Assembly: GCA_964016885.1 (NCBI GenBank)
Contig: OZ024746.1
Span: 24,180,001 to 24,244,000, forward strand
DNA from: Eledone cirrhosa
Lineage: Eukaryota
Direction: 5' to 3'
DNA length: 64,000 nt
Made by a program: the position numbers and the translations under genes. Below, in pieces: positions 14,246 through 28,569 of this stretch. How positions within the stretch are numbered: the first letter of the stretch is position 1; the number at the start of each line of letters is the position of its first letter. The notes beneath the pieces are model-generated. The model had not been told where the DNA came from. It saw only the letters and a program-made list of their open reading frames with translations, and ran no database searches.

Positions 14246-15700
14246 GTGACAACCATAACTACAACAACAGCAACAGTGACAACAACAACAGCAGCAGCGG
14301 TAACTACAACAACAATTGCAGCGGTCACGACAATAACAGTGATGTCAACCACAATAGCAACAATGGCCGCAACAACAACAGCAATAACAACAGCAATAAC
14401 AACAGTAACAACAACAGCAGCAAAAACAACTATAACAACAACAGCAACAGCAATAACAACAGCAACAGTAACAACAGCAGTAAAAACAACACCAATAACA
14501 ACTACAGCAGCAGCAACAGCAACAACAACAGCAGGAGTAAAAACAACAACAGTAACAACAGCAGTAAAAACAACACCAATAACAACTACAGCAGCAGCAA
14601 CAGCAATAACAACAGCAACAACAACAACAGCAGTAAAAACAACAACAGTAACAACAGCAGTAAAAACAACACCAATAACAACAACAACAGCAGCAACAGC
14701 AACAACAACAACAGCAGTAAAAACAACAACAGTAACAACAGCAGTAAAAACAACACCAATAACAACAACAGCAACAGCAATAACAACAGAAACAACAACA
14801 GCAGTAAAAACAACAACAGTAACAACAGCAGTAAAAACAACACCAATAACAACAACAGCAATAACAACAGCAACAACAACAGCAGTAAAAACAACAACAG
14901 TAACAACAGCAGTAAAAACAACACCAATAACAACAACAACAGCAGCAACAGCAATAACAACAGCAACAACAACAGCATCAGTAAAAACAACACCAATAAC
15001 AACAACAGCAGTAAAAACAACACCAATAACAACTACAGCAACAGCAATAACAACAGCAACAACAACAGCAGCAGTAAAAACAACAACAGTAACAACAGCA
15101 GCAGTAAAAACAACACCAATAACAACTACAGCAACAGCAATAACAACAGCAATAACAACACCAGCAGCAGTAAAAACAACAACAGTAACAACAGCAGCAG
15201 TAAAAACAACACCAATAACAACTACAGCAACAGCAATAACAACAGCAATAACAACAACAGCAGCAGTAAAAACAACAACAGTAACAACAACAGCAGTAAA
15301 AACAACACCAATAACAACAACAGCAGCAGCAACAGCAATAACAACAGCAACAACAACAGCAGCAGCAGTAAAAACAACAACAGTAACAACAGCAGTAAAA
15401 ACAACACCAATAACAACTACAGCAACAGCAATAACAACAGCAATAACAACAACAGCAGCAGTAAAAACAACAACAGTAACAACAGCAGCAATAACAACAC
15501 CAATAACAACAACAGCAGCAACAGCAATAACAACAGCAACAACAACAACAGCAGCAGCAGTAAAAACAACACCAATAACAGCAACAGCAGCAGCAGCAGC
15601 AACAGCTGTCACAACAACAGCAACAACAGCAATAACAACAATAACAACAGTAACAGAAGCAATAAACAACACTAACAACAACAACAGTAACAGCAACAAA
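14246..15700. repeat. Complex (ACA/GCA)-based trinucleotide repeat with higher-order units
   Basis: About 1.45 kb built almost entirely of NNA triplets with recurring GCAGTAAAAACAACACCAATAACA. It produces Thr/Ala-rich, Val-rich and poly-Leu ORFs in several frames. Confidence 0.9.
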
Positions 15701-15879
15701 TGGCTCTATTATATAATATCAAAACTGTCCAAAATCTCGTCATTGTTGAAGAAATCTCAGAATATTGCAACATAATCAAAAATTATGTACATTTTGTCAA
15801 TAAATTGAAAACATTTGCAATTTAAAGTGGGTTTCTCTTTAGTTTAGGTAGATTTTTTTACAGGATACTATATTCAATA

Positions 15880-16350
15880 TATTGTCATTAGTGGTGTTGT
15901 TACTGTTATTGTTGGTGTTGTTATAGTTGTTGTTGTTGTCAGTGTTATAGCTGTTGTTGTTATAGTGGTTATTGTTGTTGTTAGTATTGTAATTATTGTT
16001 CTTGTTACTACTATTCTTGTCTTTGTGGTTGTTGTTGGTATTGTAATTATTGTTCTTGTCTTTGTGGTTGTTGTCATTGTTATAGTTGTTGTTGTTGTCA
16101 TTGTTATAGCTGTTGTTGTTATAGTGGTTATTGTTGTTGTTGGTATTGTAATTATTGTTCTTGTCTTTGTGGTTGTTGTCATTGTTATAGTTGTTGTTGT
16201 CATTGTGGTTGCTGTTGTTGTTGCAACAGCAACCACAATTATTATTACTGTTGTTGTTACTATTATTCTTGTCTTTGTTATAGTTATTGTTGTCATTGTG
16301 GTTATTGTTGTTGTTGGCAGTATTGCTGTTATTATTGTTGTTGTTGTAAT
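15880..16350. repeat. (GTT)-based complex microsatellite
   Basis: Recurring GTTGTT / ATTGTTCTTGTCTTTGTGG units. Confidence 0.85.
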
Positions 16351-16629
16351 TTAAAAAGACCAATATTTCAATGTCTGTTATTATATGATGTCAGCCACTG
16401 GTAGAAACAAACATCTTGTCTTCTCACTTTCTTTCTCTCCCTCCCTCTCATCGCTTCCCTCCGCTATACCACCAACCTCTCCCCCAAACTCTTCTCCCCC
16501 TCTCCCCCCCACACTCTTCTCCCCCTCTTCTACACCCCCTATCTCTCTCCAGTAACACACTTGGATTAATTCAATTGATTTTCTCCTTCCCTTCAAATTG
16601 CTGGCCTTGTGCCAAAAAAAACATTTATT

Positions 16630-17185
16630 ATCATCCTCACTATTATCTTCATTGTTACCATCACCATTTTTATCACCACCACCACCACCACCACCACTAC
16701 CATAACCACAAACACCATCATCACTGACTTCACCATCATTATCATAACCACCACAGGGGTGGTGTATTGGCATGGGATAATTGCTGGTCTTGTGACAAAA
16801 GTAGAAACAATTACCATCACCACAATCACCCATGTTATCATAACCACCACCACCACCACCACCACCACCACCATCACCATCATTATCATTATCACAACCA
16901 CCACCATCACCATCGATATCATTATCACAATCATCATCATAACAACCATGACCACCATCACCACCACTACCATCAACACCACCATCACCATCATTATCAC
17001 AACCACCACCATCACCATCGATATCATTATCACAATCATCATCATAACAACCATGACCACCATCACCACCACTACCATCAACACCACCATCATTATCATC
17101 ACTGCCATCACCACCAGCACCATCATCAACATTGTCCCCACCACCACCACCACCACCACCACCACTACCATCACCATCATCAATA
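16630..17185. repeat. (CAC/CAT)-based complex microsatellite
   Basis: ACC/ATC triplet runs with an internal duplication. Confidence 0.85.
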
Positions 17186-17504
17186 TTGTCACAAATATAA
17201 AGGCAAAAGAAAAGACAGAGAGGCTAACATTTAGCAGAAGCGATGTCACCTTTGGCCTTGTGGCGGCATTATGTCTGATTTATGGAATAGCACTTGAAGA
17301 GATAAATAAATCAAGCTAGCAGTGTTTCCAATAACTAAATAATAATAATGAATTATTGGTTATAAAATAGAATAATTTCAAACTGTCCTTTCTAACTGCC
17401 ATTGCTTTAGACAACTTATTATTTCAGTCAGAAAGCTGGTACAGTGTCCAGGCCAGATGTAAATTGTGGGGTCCATTCAAAACTGAAACTACACACTGAA
17501 AATG

Positions 17505-17940
17505 TGTGAAATGTAGGCCCATTCAAAGCTGGTTCTAGGCCCAGGCTACATGTGAAATGTAGGCCTATTCAAAGCTGGTTCTAGGCCCAGAGTACATGTG
17601 AAATGTAGGCCCATTCAAAGCTGGTTCTAGGCCCAGGCTACATTTGAAATGTAGGCCTATTCAAAGCTGGTTCTAGGCCCAGGCTACATGTGAAATATAG
17701 GCCTATTCAAAGTTGGTTCTAGGCCCAGGCTACATGTGAAATGTAGGCCTATTCAAAGTTGGTTCTAGGCCCAGGCTACATGTGAAATGTAGGCCTATTC
17801 AAAGTTGGTTCTAGGCCCAGGCTACATGTGAAATATAGGCCTATTCAAAGCTGGTTCTAGGCCCAGGCTACATTTGAAATGTAGGGCTATTCAAAGCTGG
17901 AACTAGGACCAGGCCCAGACCAGATGTGTAATATAGGCCC
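17505..17940. repeat. 46-bp minisatellite (about 9 copies)
   Basis: Unit TGTGAAATGTAGGCCTATTCAAAGCTGGTTCTAGGCCCAGGCTACA at 17505, 17551, 17597 and onward. Confidence 0.95.
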
Positions 17941-20900
17941 CCACAAAGCTAGTAATATATCCTGTCCAAATATAAAGTCTACCAACCCCCTTACTCACGT
18001 TAATAGATCCAGGTAAAAAAGTAAAGTGTACCCTTCTACCACCTACTCAGGGTTGATCATACTGCCAGGCCAGATGTGAAATGTAGACCCATTCAAAGCT
18101 GGAATAAAGCTCAAGCCAGATGTTACATGTAGGCCGCCATCAAATTCCCTCCTCCATAAACCACCACCAACAAAGATAAATTCAAATTTGATATACCCAA
18201 TGTCAGAAGTCAAATGTAAATCTCCTTCCACCACACCCATGCAAGGCTGATAATACTGCTAGGCTCCTAAAAGTAGGTAATAGCCCCAGGCCTGCTGTGA
18301 AATATAGGTTTCTAATTCAAATTGTTCCATCAGTATTTTAGTAATCAGTACTAAATACATGATTTATTTATAGGTTACACACATATACACACACGCGTGT
18401 GTGTGTTTGTGTGTGTATGCTTAGAAGTAACATACCATACAATTTATATATGGATTATAAAAACAGAACCAAATAGATGACTGAGAACTTGACGTAAGTA
18501 GATCCCCTTTAAAATGTAGAGCTTGTGCCAAAAGCCCCACCTCACACCATCCTCTAATCTAGTCTGGATGTGATAAGAAAACTTTAATGGTTATTATCAC
18601 AACAATATCCCTCCCCCTACACCCACTGTTACCTGCTCTACTGACCTGGTGACCTCAATATCAGTAGCAGTTGTTAATGTCAAGGAAACAATTAATGATT
18701 TAATTAATCAATCAAGGACATATCCAAATGAACACTTGGATTTATTGATAGACAATCTGATATCAATTGATTAGCAATTACTGTTATTGTCGGTGTTAGT
18801 GGTGATAGTGGTGGTGGTGGTGGGGGGGGGTATTTGTGGTGATGGTGGTGGTGGTGGTGGTGGGGGCATATTGACATTGCTAATGAGGGTGAGAGGGGAT
18901 ATTGTCTGTGGAGGTAGTGTTGGTGTCAGTGGTGGAGGGAGGGGGTATTGGCATTGGTGGTGGTGGTGGAATATTGGCAGAGGAGGTGGGAGAGGATATT
19001 GACATTGGTGCTGGTGCTGGTGATGGTGTGGTAGTGTTGTTGGTGTTGTGGTGGTGGTATTCTTAGTGTTGATGTTGGTGGTGGTGGTGGTGGTGGCCTT
19101 CTTGCTTCTGATGCTGCTATTATTTTTTGTTTTTATTTGTGGTTATTTAAACCAAATTTAGCCCCAAAGCATGCCAACCATGACCATCCTATATTTTCAT
19201 ATATGGGTGGGGGGGGGGACTACACATTACAATATTATTACAATATATTTTTCTGTTTTATTCATAATGGTTGGGTGTGACTTATGGGAGACTTAGCTAC
19301 TATTTCAAAAAAGATCAACTACATACAGGCTTTTTATTCATTAGCTCATTGATTTGGAATTTCTTTTACATTTTCTTTACATGGTACAGTTAGAAGAGAA
19401 TGAGCTGTATCTATGACAGTGGGAAAGAGAATAAATTATTCTCAGGGCCTCTGTGATGGGGAAAAGGTGAGAGAAAGTATTTCTCAGGGCCTGGAAGAAG
19501 AGGAAGTTAAACCTAGGGCCTCAATGACTGGGCGAGGAGAAGATTATTTCCAAGACCTCCATGACTAGGGGAAAAGAGGAGAAGTCATTCTTTCTAAGGA
19601 GAGAATTGTTAGACAGATTTTATGTGCAAAGCCAACTGGCAGGAGACCCAGAGGTTGACCACAAGCAAGATGGTTGGATAACATCAATGAGCTCAGTTTG
19701 TCCCACTTGGGGGGGTCCAGCTGGTTACTTCTGATAAGACTGTCTGAAAGGCATATCGGCTGGCTTGAACCCCACAAGAAATGGGCAAAGAAGGCTCTAA
19801 AGTAGAAGAAAAAAGTGTATCATATCAGGCACAATTCTGATATTTCAAAACTGTCCCTTTGCCCATGAGAAAGAAAACATCTTTTTTACAAACTTTTACA
19901 AACCTACCAAAACGACCAATTTCAACTGCTGTCAACTCAGAAAACCACCAGTTCCCCTGGACTCTGTTTGTTTTTAACCTTAAGAAATTCAGTGAAATCC
20001 TTTAATATTTCTATCAATTCAACATACTACTTAGCCTAGTAAATCATGGAAGAGAAAGAGCAAAAACAATATGAGCAGAGGTGATGAAAGGTGGCTTCAA
20101 GAAACTGAATATCACAAAGGAAATGATAAAGGAAAGATAAAAGTGGAAGGAAGCCATGGAAGAGGAAGAACAAGAAAGATGGGGAGAGAGAATATAAAAG
20201 TTGATCTTAAGAAACTACAAGAGATGACAAAGGAAAAGAAACAAGTGGAGAGGTGATGTACAGGAGAGGACTGCAACCATGGAAAAACAGATATGATGAT
20301 AATGATGATGATAGTGGTGGTAGTAGTATTACTATTACCACCATTACTATCCCCACCACTAAAACTACTACTGCTAATATTACTTCCACCACTACTACTA
20401 ATACGGCTCTCACATGATTTAAGTAGATACTCCCTTCAGCGCACCAATGACATGATTTAATTATACCAACAATTTTATTACAAACAAACAAAACACTCAG
20501 CAATTATATTTCCTAGGTTGTTTAGAAACAATTGTTGTTGTCTTTACTCTTGCTGTTGCTGTTGTTGTTACTGTTGGTATTGTTGATGAAGATGATAATG
20601 ATGCTGTTTTGTTGTGGTTGCTGTTGTCATTGATGTCAAGGTTAACCCTCCACCTGCTTTGACCTTTCGACTATCTAGGACCACGTTACCCATTGTATAT
20701 ACTTACTTGCCTTTTATTTTAGAGTGTGTGATTTAAGGGACATTTAAGTGCTATTTCTAGCCAGGCACATGACCATAGAAAGGCTGCCAATATCACTGAC
20801 TCCAGTAAATTCAAGACCCAAAGGTAGACTCTGAGCAAGGTGCTTGGATATCATCCAGGAGCTCAGCTGGTCTCACTTGGGGATCCAATCAGATCAATTG

Positions 20901-21464
20901 GAGATGGTTACTTCTGACAAGACCTGCTGGAAGGAGTGTTTTAGGTCTCTGCACCCATGACACTTTCAGGAATAAGTGGGTGAAGAAGAAGAAAATGAAA
21001 GAAGAAAGAAAAGAAAAGAAAAGAAAAGAAAAGGAAAGAAAAGAAAAAAAGAAAAAATGGGAAGAGAAAAAGAAGAAAAGAAAAGAAGGTCTATTTAACT
21101 GCTATTTCTAGCAGACCGAGAGACCACATACAAAGGCTCACTCCCTCGTAGATTCCACAAAATACAATCCAATTTGATTACAACAGAGATCTTTATTTCT
21201 TACAAGTAGGTTTCTTCTGTTTATTTCCCAAAGAGTCAGCAAGACTGCAATGATATAAATACCATCTTGTTGTTGTTGTTGTTGACATAGTCCTAAGGCC
21301 ACTCTACCTCTCTCTCTCTCCCACTCTCTGTCTATCTATCTCTCTCCCCCTCAGAAAATCTCATTTCCTTTCAAAGATAATAGGGGAAAAACAGATTTCC
21401 AAGATAACTCATACTTAGAATTCTTTATGAAGAAAACCCAAAAAGCAAACAAACAAAATTCCAG

Positions 21465-21468
<4 letters not shown>

Positions 21469-21521
<53 letters not shown>

Positions 21522-21865
21522 CCCTCTATCTGTCTCCCTCTCACTCTCTCTCTCTCTCTCTCTCAGCCCTCTATCTGTCTCCCTCTCACCCCCTCTATCT
21601 GTCTCCCTCTCACTTTCTCCCTCTCACTTTCTCCCTCTCACTCTCTCCCCCTCTATCTGTCTCCCTCTCACTCTCTCCTCCCTCTCACTTTCTCCCCCTC
21701 TATCTGTCTCCCTCTCACTCTCTCCTCCCTCTATCTGTCTCCCTCTCACTCTCTCCTCCCTCTATCTGTCTCCCTCTCACTCTCTCCCCCTCTATCTGTC
21801 TCCCTCTCACCCCCCCTCTATATGTCTCCCTCTCACTCTCTCTTGTACTCTGTCTCTTTCTCTTC
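21469..21865. repeat. (CT)n microsatellite grading into a ~30-bp CT-rich minisatellite
   Basis: Recurring CCCTCTATCTGTCTCCCTCTCACTCTCTC. Confidence 0.9.
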
Positions 21866-22175
21866 ATACCAACTCCATTTCTCAAAAATTAAACAGGTAG
21901 ATCAGTTTAATATCAACAAAAAGATGCTTGCCTACACATTTAAAGCACATACCTATGAACACAAGCATATACATATACCACATGTATATACATACGCATA
22001 CATACATAAATATATGTATGTATGTATGCATATAAATATATATATATACTTGTTCACATAACACTAGAAACAGGCCCATATATCATCATCATCAGCATCA
22101 TCACCGTTTTACGTTCGTTCTTCCACGCTAGCATGTGTATATATATATATATATATATACATGTGTGTGCGTGTG

Positions 22176-22208
<33 letters not shown>

Positions 22209-22441
22209 CTGCACAAATATGTAGTATATATTAAGGTTTTTCTTTGGAGGGGTCCATGGCATGTTAAATAGACATGAAATGAAATATTCCATTGTGATAT
22301 AGATAAAAAACTAGATATATTATATTTAGGCCCCATAGCGCTAGGAAATTAGGTAAAGTGGTTTTAAATGGGAGAAGGGTCCATGCAATTTGGTAATTGC
22401 ACATGTCCAATGAACACATTATACATACATATGCCTATGTA

Positions 22442-22510
<69 letters not shown>

Positions 22511-22734
22511 ATATATATACCATCATCGATTAACGTCTATCTTCCACGCTAGCATGTGTTATATATATATATATATAAACTACACATTCATGAACACAAT
22601 GATATACAGAAATGAAACACAGAATTGTTATATTTCTTTTATTAAGGCTAAATAGTGAATCTTGTAACTCAAGAGTTTTTCCATCAGATGACCCTGTGAT
22701 AAACAGGCAAAACTCCACATTAACAACACTCACT

Positions 22735-22912
22735 TGTCACTATCGGTAGAGGGTCGGACGCCATGCTTTCCAGCATAGTTACATCCCTTTACGGCCTAAG
22801 TTCAAATCCCGTCGAGGTTAACTTTACCTTTCATCCTTATGGAGGTCGATAAAATAAAGTACCCATAATGTACTGGGTAATTGCTGGCCTTGTGCCAAAA
22901 GTAGAAAACTAT
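22735..22912 (+). mobile_element. tRNA-derived SINE with a Meta-like central domain
   Basis: B box AGTTCAAATCC followed by GGTTAACTTTACCTTTCATCCTTATGGAGGTCGATAAAATAAAGTACC and GGCCTTGTGCCAAAA. Same family as 38339-38530. Confidence 0.8.
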
Positions 22913-22985
22913 TTAACCTTAATAAAATGAATATTAAAACATCAGTAGTGAGTACTCTTTTCTCTCAGCCGTCAAGCACATGCAG

Positions 22986-23069
<84 letters not shown>

Positions 23070-26000
23070 AGTAAAATGAATATAACAATTTCACAGTTAA
23101 AGGGCTAACATTTATTACATAATTGATACGTGTTTCGCCAATAAACAGGTGAGCAATATCTAGAATTGTTAGTCCAATGGGATCTATCGGAAAACTGCAT
23201 GTTGACATAGTCTTCAATTTCCCCCAACAAAATCTGATCATTAGTATATTCTCTGTATATATATATATTATAAAATGACAGGAGGCTGGACTGGTGTAAT
23301 TCGTTGAACATTTCAATGACCAGGTTCAGTATGAATCCGGTGACATCATCAGGTATTCGAAATTTATCCAACAAAGGAATATAATAATTTTATAATAATT
23401 AACTCCGTACTCACATCACCAATAACACAAACGAAGACAGGCTAGTTACATTACGTCGAGTGCTCTCCCTAATATTACATCAAAGTTGACTCTACGGAAT
23501 GACCAGTTCTAGCCAGTGGTGAACCAAGAAACCTAAATTATATATATATAAACGTGGTTGGCATTAGGAATGGCATCCAGCTGTAAAAATCCCAGCTAAA
23601 ATACAGTTCCGTTTGAGCAAGGTATGGCCCTACCCTGCTCAGACTTGTCTGAGAACAGTGCCACCCAGTTCCACACTGTATCATGGTTGGCAGTAGGAAG
23701 GGCATCAAACAGCTGTAAAAACCCAGCCTAAACATGGCTGATGATGATACATATGTGTGTATATATACACACACATACTAAAGTGCAATTGCTTTTTACT
23801 ATTTTTCTATACATTATTCCTTATATCAACAAAAATACCAATTTTTATCAATAATTATATTATAATATAAAAACCATTGGTTGATGTATAAACAAACAAA
23901 GAAAATAATACCTAGTCAACAAGAAGAACTTACTTAACACTCTAAACATTATAATAATCTACAATAATCCCTATTACTTTACATAGCTGATAGAATGTTT
24001 ACATAGAGAAAAGTCTAAATTGGATTCTAAAGTATGTTTTTATATAGCTACCCAACCTATTCACTGCCAGTAGTAGTAACCCCTCTCACCTTGGCTTTAC
24101 CACATACTTTAGATATAATAGACCATGAAATCAGGCTAAGTGGTTGGAAACAAGCAGGTAGAACATTATATACATATATACACACACACACACATACATA
24201 CACTGTTTTATTACTTTATTTATTTTCTTCCCAACAGAGAAAAGGTAATAGCTAAAAATTCTAGTAAATACTTTTAGCAAATAATAATATAGAGTTGTTG
24301 TTTTTTCTACATAGTTTATTATAACTTGTTGTTGTTATCAATACCATCATCATAATTATTATCACTATTAATTTTTTTTTTCATTATCATCAGTTATAAT
24401 CATTATTATTATCCATATCACAGACCAATCTTGTGTTGTTTTTTATAATCCCTGGAGCAAGTCATAACCAATGACCAAGGATCCTTTGGGAATTGTTATA
24501 GTTACAATATTGTAATAAAGAAATGATTGTTGTCATTCTTGTTATTGTTATTATTGTTGTCGTTATTAATATTATTATCAATACTGGCTTTTATTCCTTC
24601 ATCCGCTGAAAAGTATATTTTTCTGATAAGGGAAAAATGTATAAAAAATAACAAATAAATAAATGATATATATACATATAAAACTCTGAGAAGAGTGGAG
24701 ATATAGCTGTGTGGTTAAAGTAGTTTGTTTCACAATCAACTCTGTGGTTGTGGGCTCAATCCCACAGTGAGAAAGCACCTTGGACACATTTTATATCAAC
24801 TGGCAGACAAGAACTGTGGATATGTGGAGACAGCATGTTCAATATAACTACAGACGCCAGCATTTGGAGTAGTTGTTGACATTGTTTAACCCCAGGCCAA
24901 CTCTGAATCAGCAGATCTAAGATTCAAGGTATTCTTTTCCAGTCATGACCATCTCGTTTTTTTTCTATGTGCAGGAAACTCAGAACCTTCTCCAACATAT
25001 CCATTGCTAACATGGTAGGATATGATTTGAGGGAATTTGTCTGTTATGTCTTATAGAATCCAGGTCAAATTTAGAACACCTTAGATCATAAGTCTGCTTA
25101 GTCTAGACTAATATGGGGCTAAACAACAGAAGCGGCATAGCTCTAGAAGTAAACTAAATCATAGTGGAGAATTTAGTTCTTGATATACAAAACAAATGAG
25201 TTAGTCACATCTGGAACAGATGCAGCATGTTTTGAGACATAAAAATAAAGCAGAAGTTGTTATACAAAACAGATGAGATGATCAACAGCAACACAGATAG
25301 AGTGGTTCTAGCATCAATGTGAAAGATGGACTCTCAAGGGTGTAAGACCAATGCATTGCTCTTTAATCATTTGATTAGCAGTCTTCATGTAGAGACCTGA
25401 TATTGGGAAGATCATAAGGACTAAATAACAACAATAACAGTAGAAACAGCTGCAATAGCAACACCACCAAGACTACTAACATCACCAACAACAACAACAA
25501 TATGAGGTCATTCATAGATCAAGTGGTACAATATGGAAATAGAATAGATGAAATCTCTGCTAAATACTGCCTCTTAACATGACACACATATATATATATA
25601 CATACTATATATATAGACTCGGGCACATATCCAAATGCCAAGACATAAAAAAAAAATTTTATATGAAAGTTTCAAGTATATTTCTGGTGTAATGGCATTT
25701 TGAAATTTATGTAAACTTTACATAAACTGAGCTTCAATGTTGACACTTAATCTGCTAGAAATAGCAGCCAAATTTCAATCATATCGCACATAATTGCCAC
25801 CCCACATTCTATGATACAAAACTATTTGTTTTAAATTGTTTATATTTCTCTAAAAACCTTCCATAATAATTCTAAACATAATGAGAAAGTTAGTTATATC
25901 ATTAATTCTACCAAATTCTTCATTATTTTCAAAATTATATCGTAATGAAAGGGTTGAAAACAGCAGAAATATTGAATAATGTGATCCTATATATACTGTG

Positions 26001-26575
26001 TCTGAACAAAACAAATGGAACAGTCAATGTTGGTATAGACACATACACATTATATATATATTATATATATTATAAATAGTTAGTGCCTAACAGCTGAGCT
26101 CATGTTGAAACGATGTGAGCTCTGCCATCGGGCAATAGCTATTTACAATACATACACTCTACTTTCTCAAGAATCGAGTCCTTAGCTGAACATGGTCTTA
26201 CTAGTTTAAACTGGTAACTCTCTCTCTATCATATATATAATCTTAAGAACAGATTAAAGTTTAAGCAAAGAATCACTGCTTTCACCCTTAATAGATTTTA
26301 GTCTTCACATTTATTATTACTATATATATATGTATGTGTGTGTGTATTTATAGAAATGTGCAGATATACATACATACATAGACACCAGGCTTGTCACCAA
26401 AGAAGGGTACTGCCTCTTATTTTTCAATGGTGCACTCACAGAATTAAGAAATAGAGTTTATTTATTAAAAAAATACATCCTAAAATACATTCCTTGTGAA
26501 AGAGTGTTCACCTTGAATGTCATGATGAACTCCTTCAACACCACACAACACAAAAGCCTGGCAACAGGCCTGGTG

Positions 26576-26613
<38 letters not shown>

Positions 26614-28119
26614 TACACACACACAAATATACATATATTCACATGCAACACACACACATGTATCCCACACACTTATTCACATGTAAACACACACATGCAT
26701 TCCCACACACTTATTCACATGTAAACACACACATGCATTCCCACACACTTATTCACATGCATTCCCACACACTTATTCACATGCAAACACACACATGCAT
26801 TCCCACACACTTATTCACAGAGAAAGATCCAAAGAGAGATTCTTACATCTACATTTTTAATCAAAGAATCAGTAATTTATCATAAACTGAACTGGGTGTA
26901 TACAACCTCTACATGCCTCAGGGTGTATATAATGACCTCTAAATACCTCAAATGTTGTCTTATATAGGATGTATATAGAAGAGTCTCCTAGAAATAACAA
27001 TCCCATTGAGTTAACCAACTTATCTTTGATGTCATTTATTTATATATTCATTTATTTAATCAATTTAAAGGTCTGTATAGAGCTAGTAAAGCATGAGAGG
27101 CTAGGAGAATGTAGAACTTCTTAGAAGAGATAGTAAATAACTTGTTTCTATGTAGTTAATCTAATCAGACTGCCCTTCTTCACTATAGATATTGGGGTAT
27201 TTATACAGACTTAAGTCATCTTTTATCTTTCAGCAGAAACTTTGGTGTGATATTTTTTGTTTTGTTTGTTTTTTAACTTTTTAAAAACCTTTCATTAAGA
27301 TATTTCAATGGATATACACTGCTTAAGAATTTCAATTAATTTTTATAATGATCAAGAATTTCTAGGGAGTTAGTAATTACTATATATTACTAACTTTATT
27401 TTTGTATTTGTTTTACAAGAGTTTTGATGTGAAAATGTGTTGAAACAGATATTGTTTTACTTTTGGGAGTGTCAATAGAAACACACACGCCAGTTGAGTT
27501 TCCCTTCAATTTACTATTATAATTTCCCAGTCGGTTAGTTTAATAACCAGATGGTTATTAAGTTAATTGTCAAACCCCTTTGTCACACATTCTGTGACCT
27601 CATCAGTGACTGCTTTTGTTACTTTGTGTCTCCTCTTTTTTCTGTTTTACACCATATTACAATATGGTGTAAATGTGATTGGTGTTAGGAAGGGTATCCA
27701 ACTGTCGAAAGCCTGTGAAAATACAGATCCATATGAGAAAGACATGCTCACCCGACGTGACTTGTCTCATAACGGGACGATTCAGCTAACCCATGCCAGA
27801 GTGAAAAATGGACATTAAATGATGATGATGATGTATCCTTAAGATAATTCAGTAGGAGATTCAGATTGACACAGGTACAGATCAGCTGAAGACAGTGCTC
27901 CAGCATTGCCACAGTTAATAAACTGAAACCAGTAAAATAACAAAATACAGACTGAAATAAAAGCAGCATTATTGTTACTACGTATCTGACAACGACCGTC
28001 TCAATGTGGACTATTTATCGGTTTCCATGGATATCAAATTAGTGTCAAACGTGAATGAATCCATAACAGATGATTCCAGCCCCACTCCACCTCCCCTGAA
28101 TTTAACATCAGTGATTCTT

Positions 28120-28425
28120 AAACCTCATTGGCAGCCAGTCTATGCGTCAAACTCTATGCGTCAAAGCATGGTGTCCGACCCTCCACCGATACTGCCAATC
28201 CACCGCCCTACAACACTATAATAATGGTTTCTGATATAGGCACAAAGCCAACAATTTTGAGGAAAGGGAAAGTCAACTAAATCAACCCCAGTGCATTACT
28301 GGTACTTTATTTTATTGACCTCATAAGGATGAAAAGCAAAGCGAACCTCAGTAGGATTTGAAATCAGAATGTAAAAGACTGCAAAACATGGTGTCCAATG
28401 CTCTACAGATATTGCCAATCCACCA
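28120..28425 (-). mobile_element. Two adjacent SINE copies or fragments (Meta-like family)
   Basis: Reverse complements of the GGCGGTGGATTGGCAGTATCGG head and of the CCTTATGAGGTCAATAAAATAAAGTACCAGT body. Confidence 0.75.
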
Positions 28426-28569
28426 TAATAATAATTGGCAGGTTACAGGGCTAGTGTTGGCCTGGGTAAGAGTCAGTGGCTACAACATCATAGCAAAAGA
28501 GGAGGGGATGGCGGTTAGAGGTGGAGAGAATCTAGTTGTTCATCACGCATATATCATCGAAGAGAACAT

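Noticed and set aside
27570-27615. Minus-strand CTGATGA-G-GTCAC...GTGAC hairpin as another hammerhead
   Set aside because: Followed by AAAG rather than GAAA, and no stem III or stem I can close.
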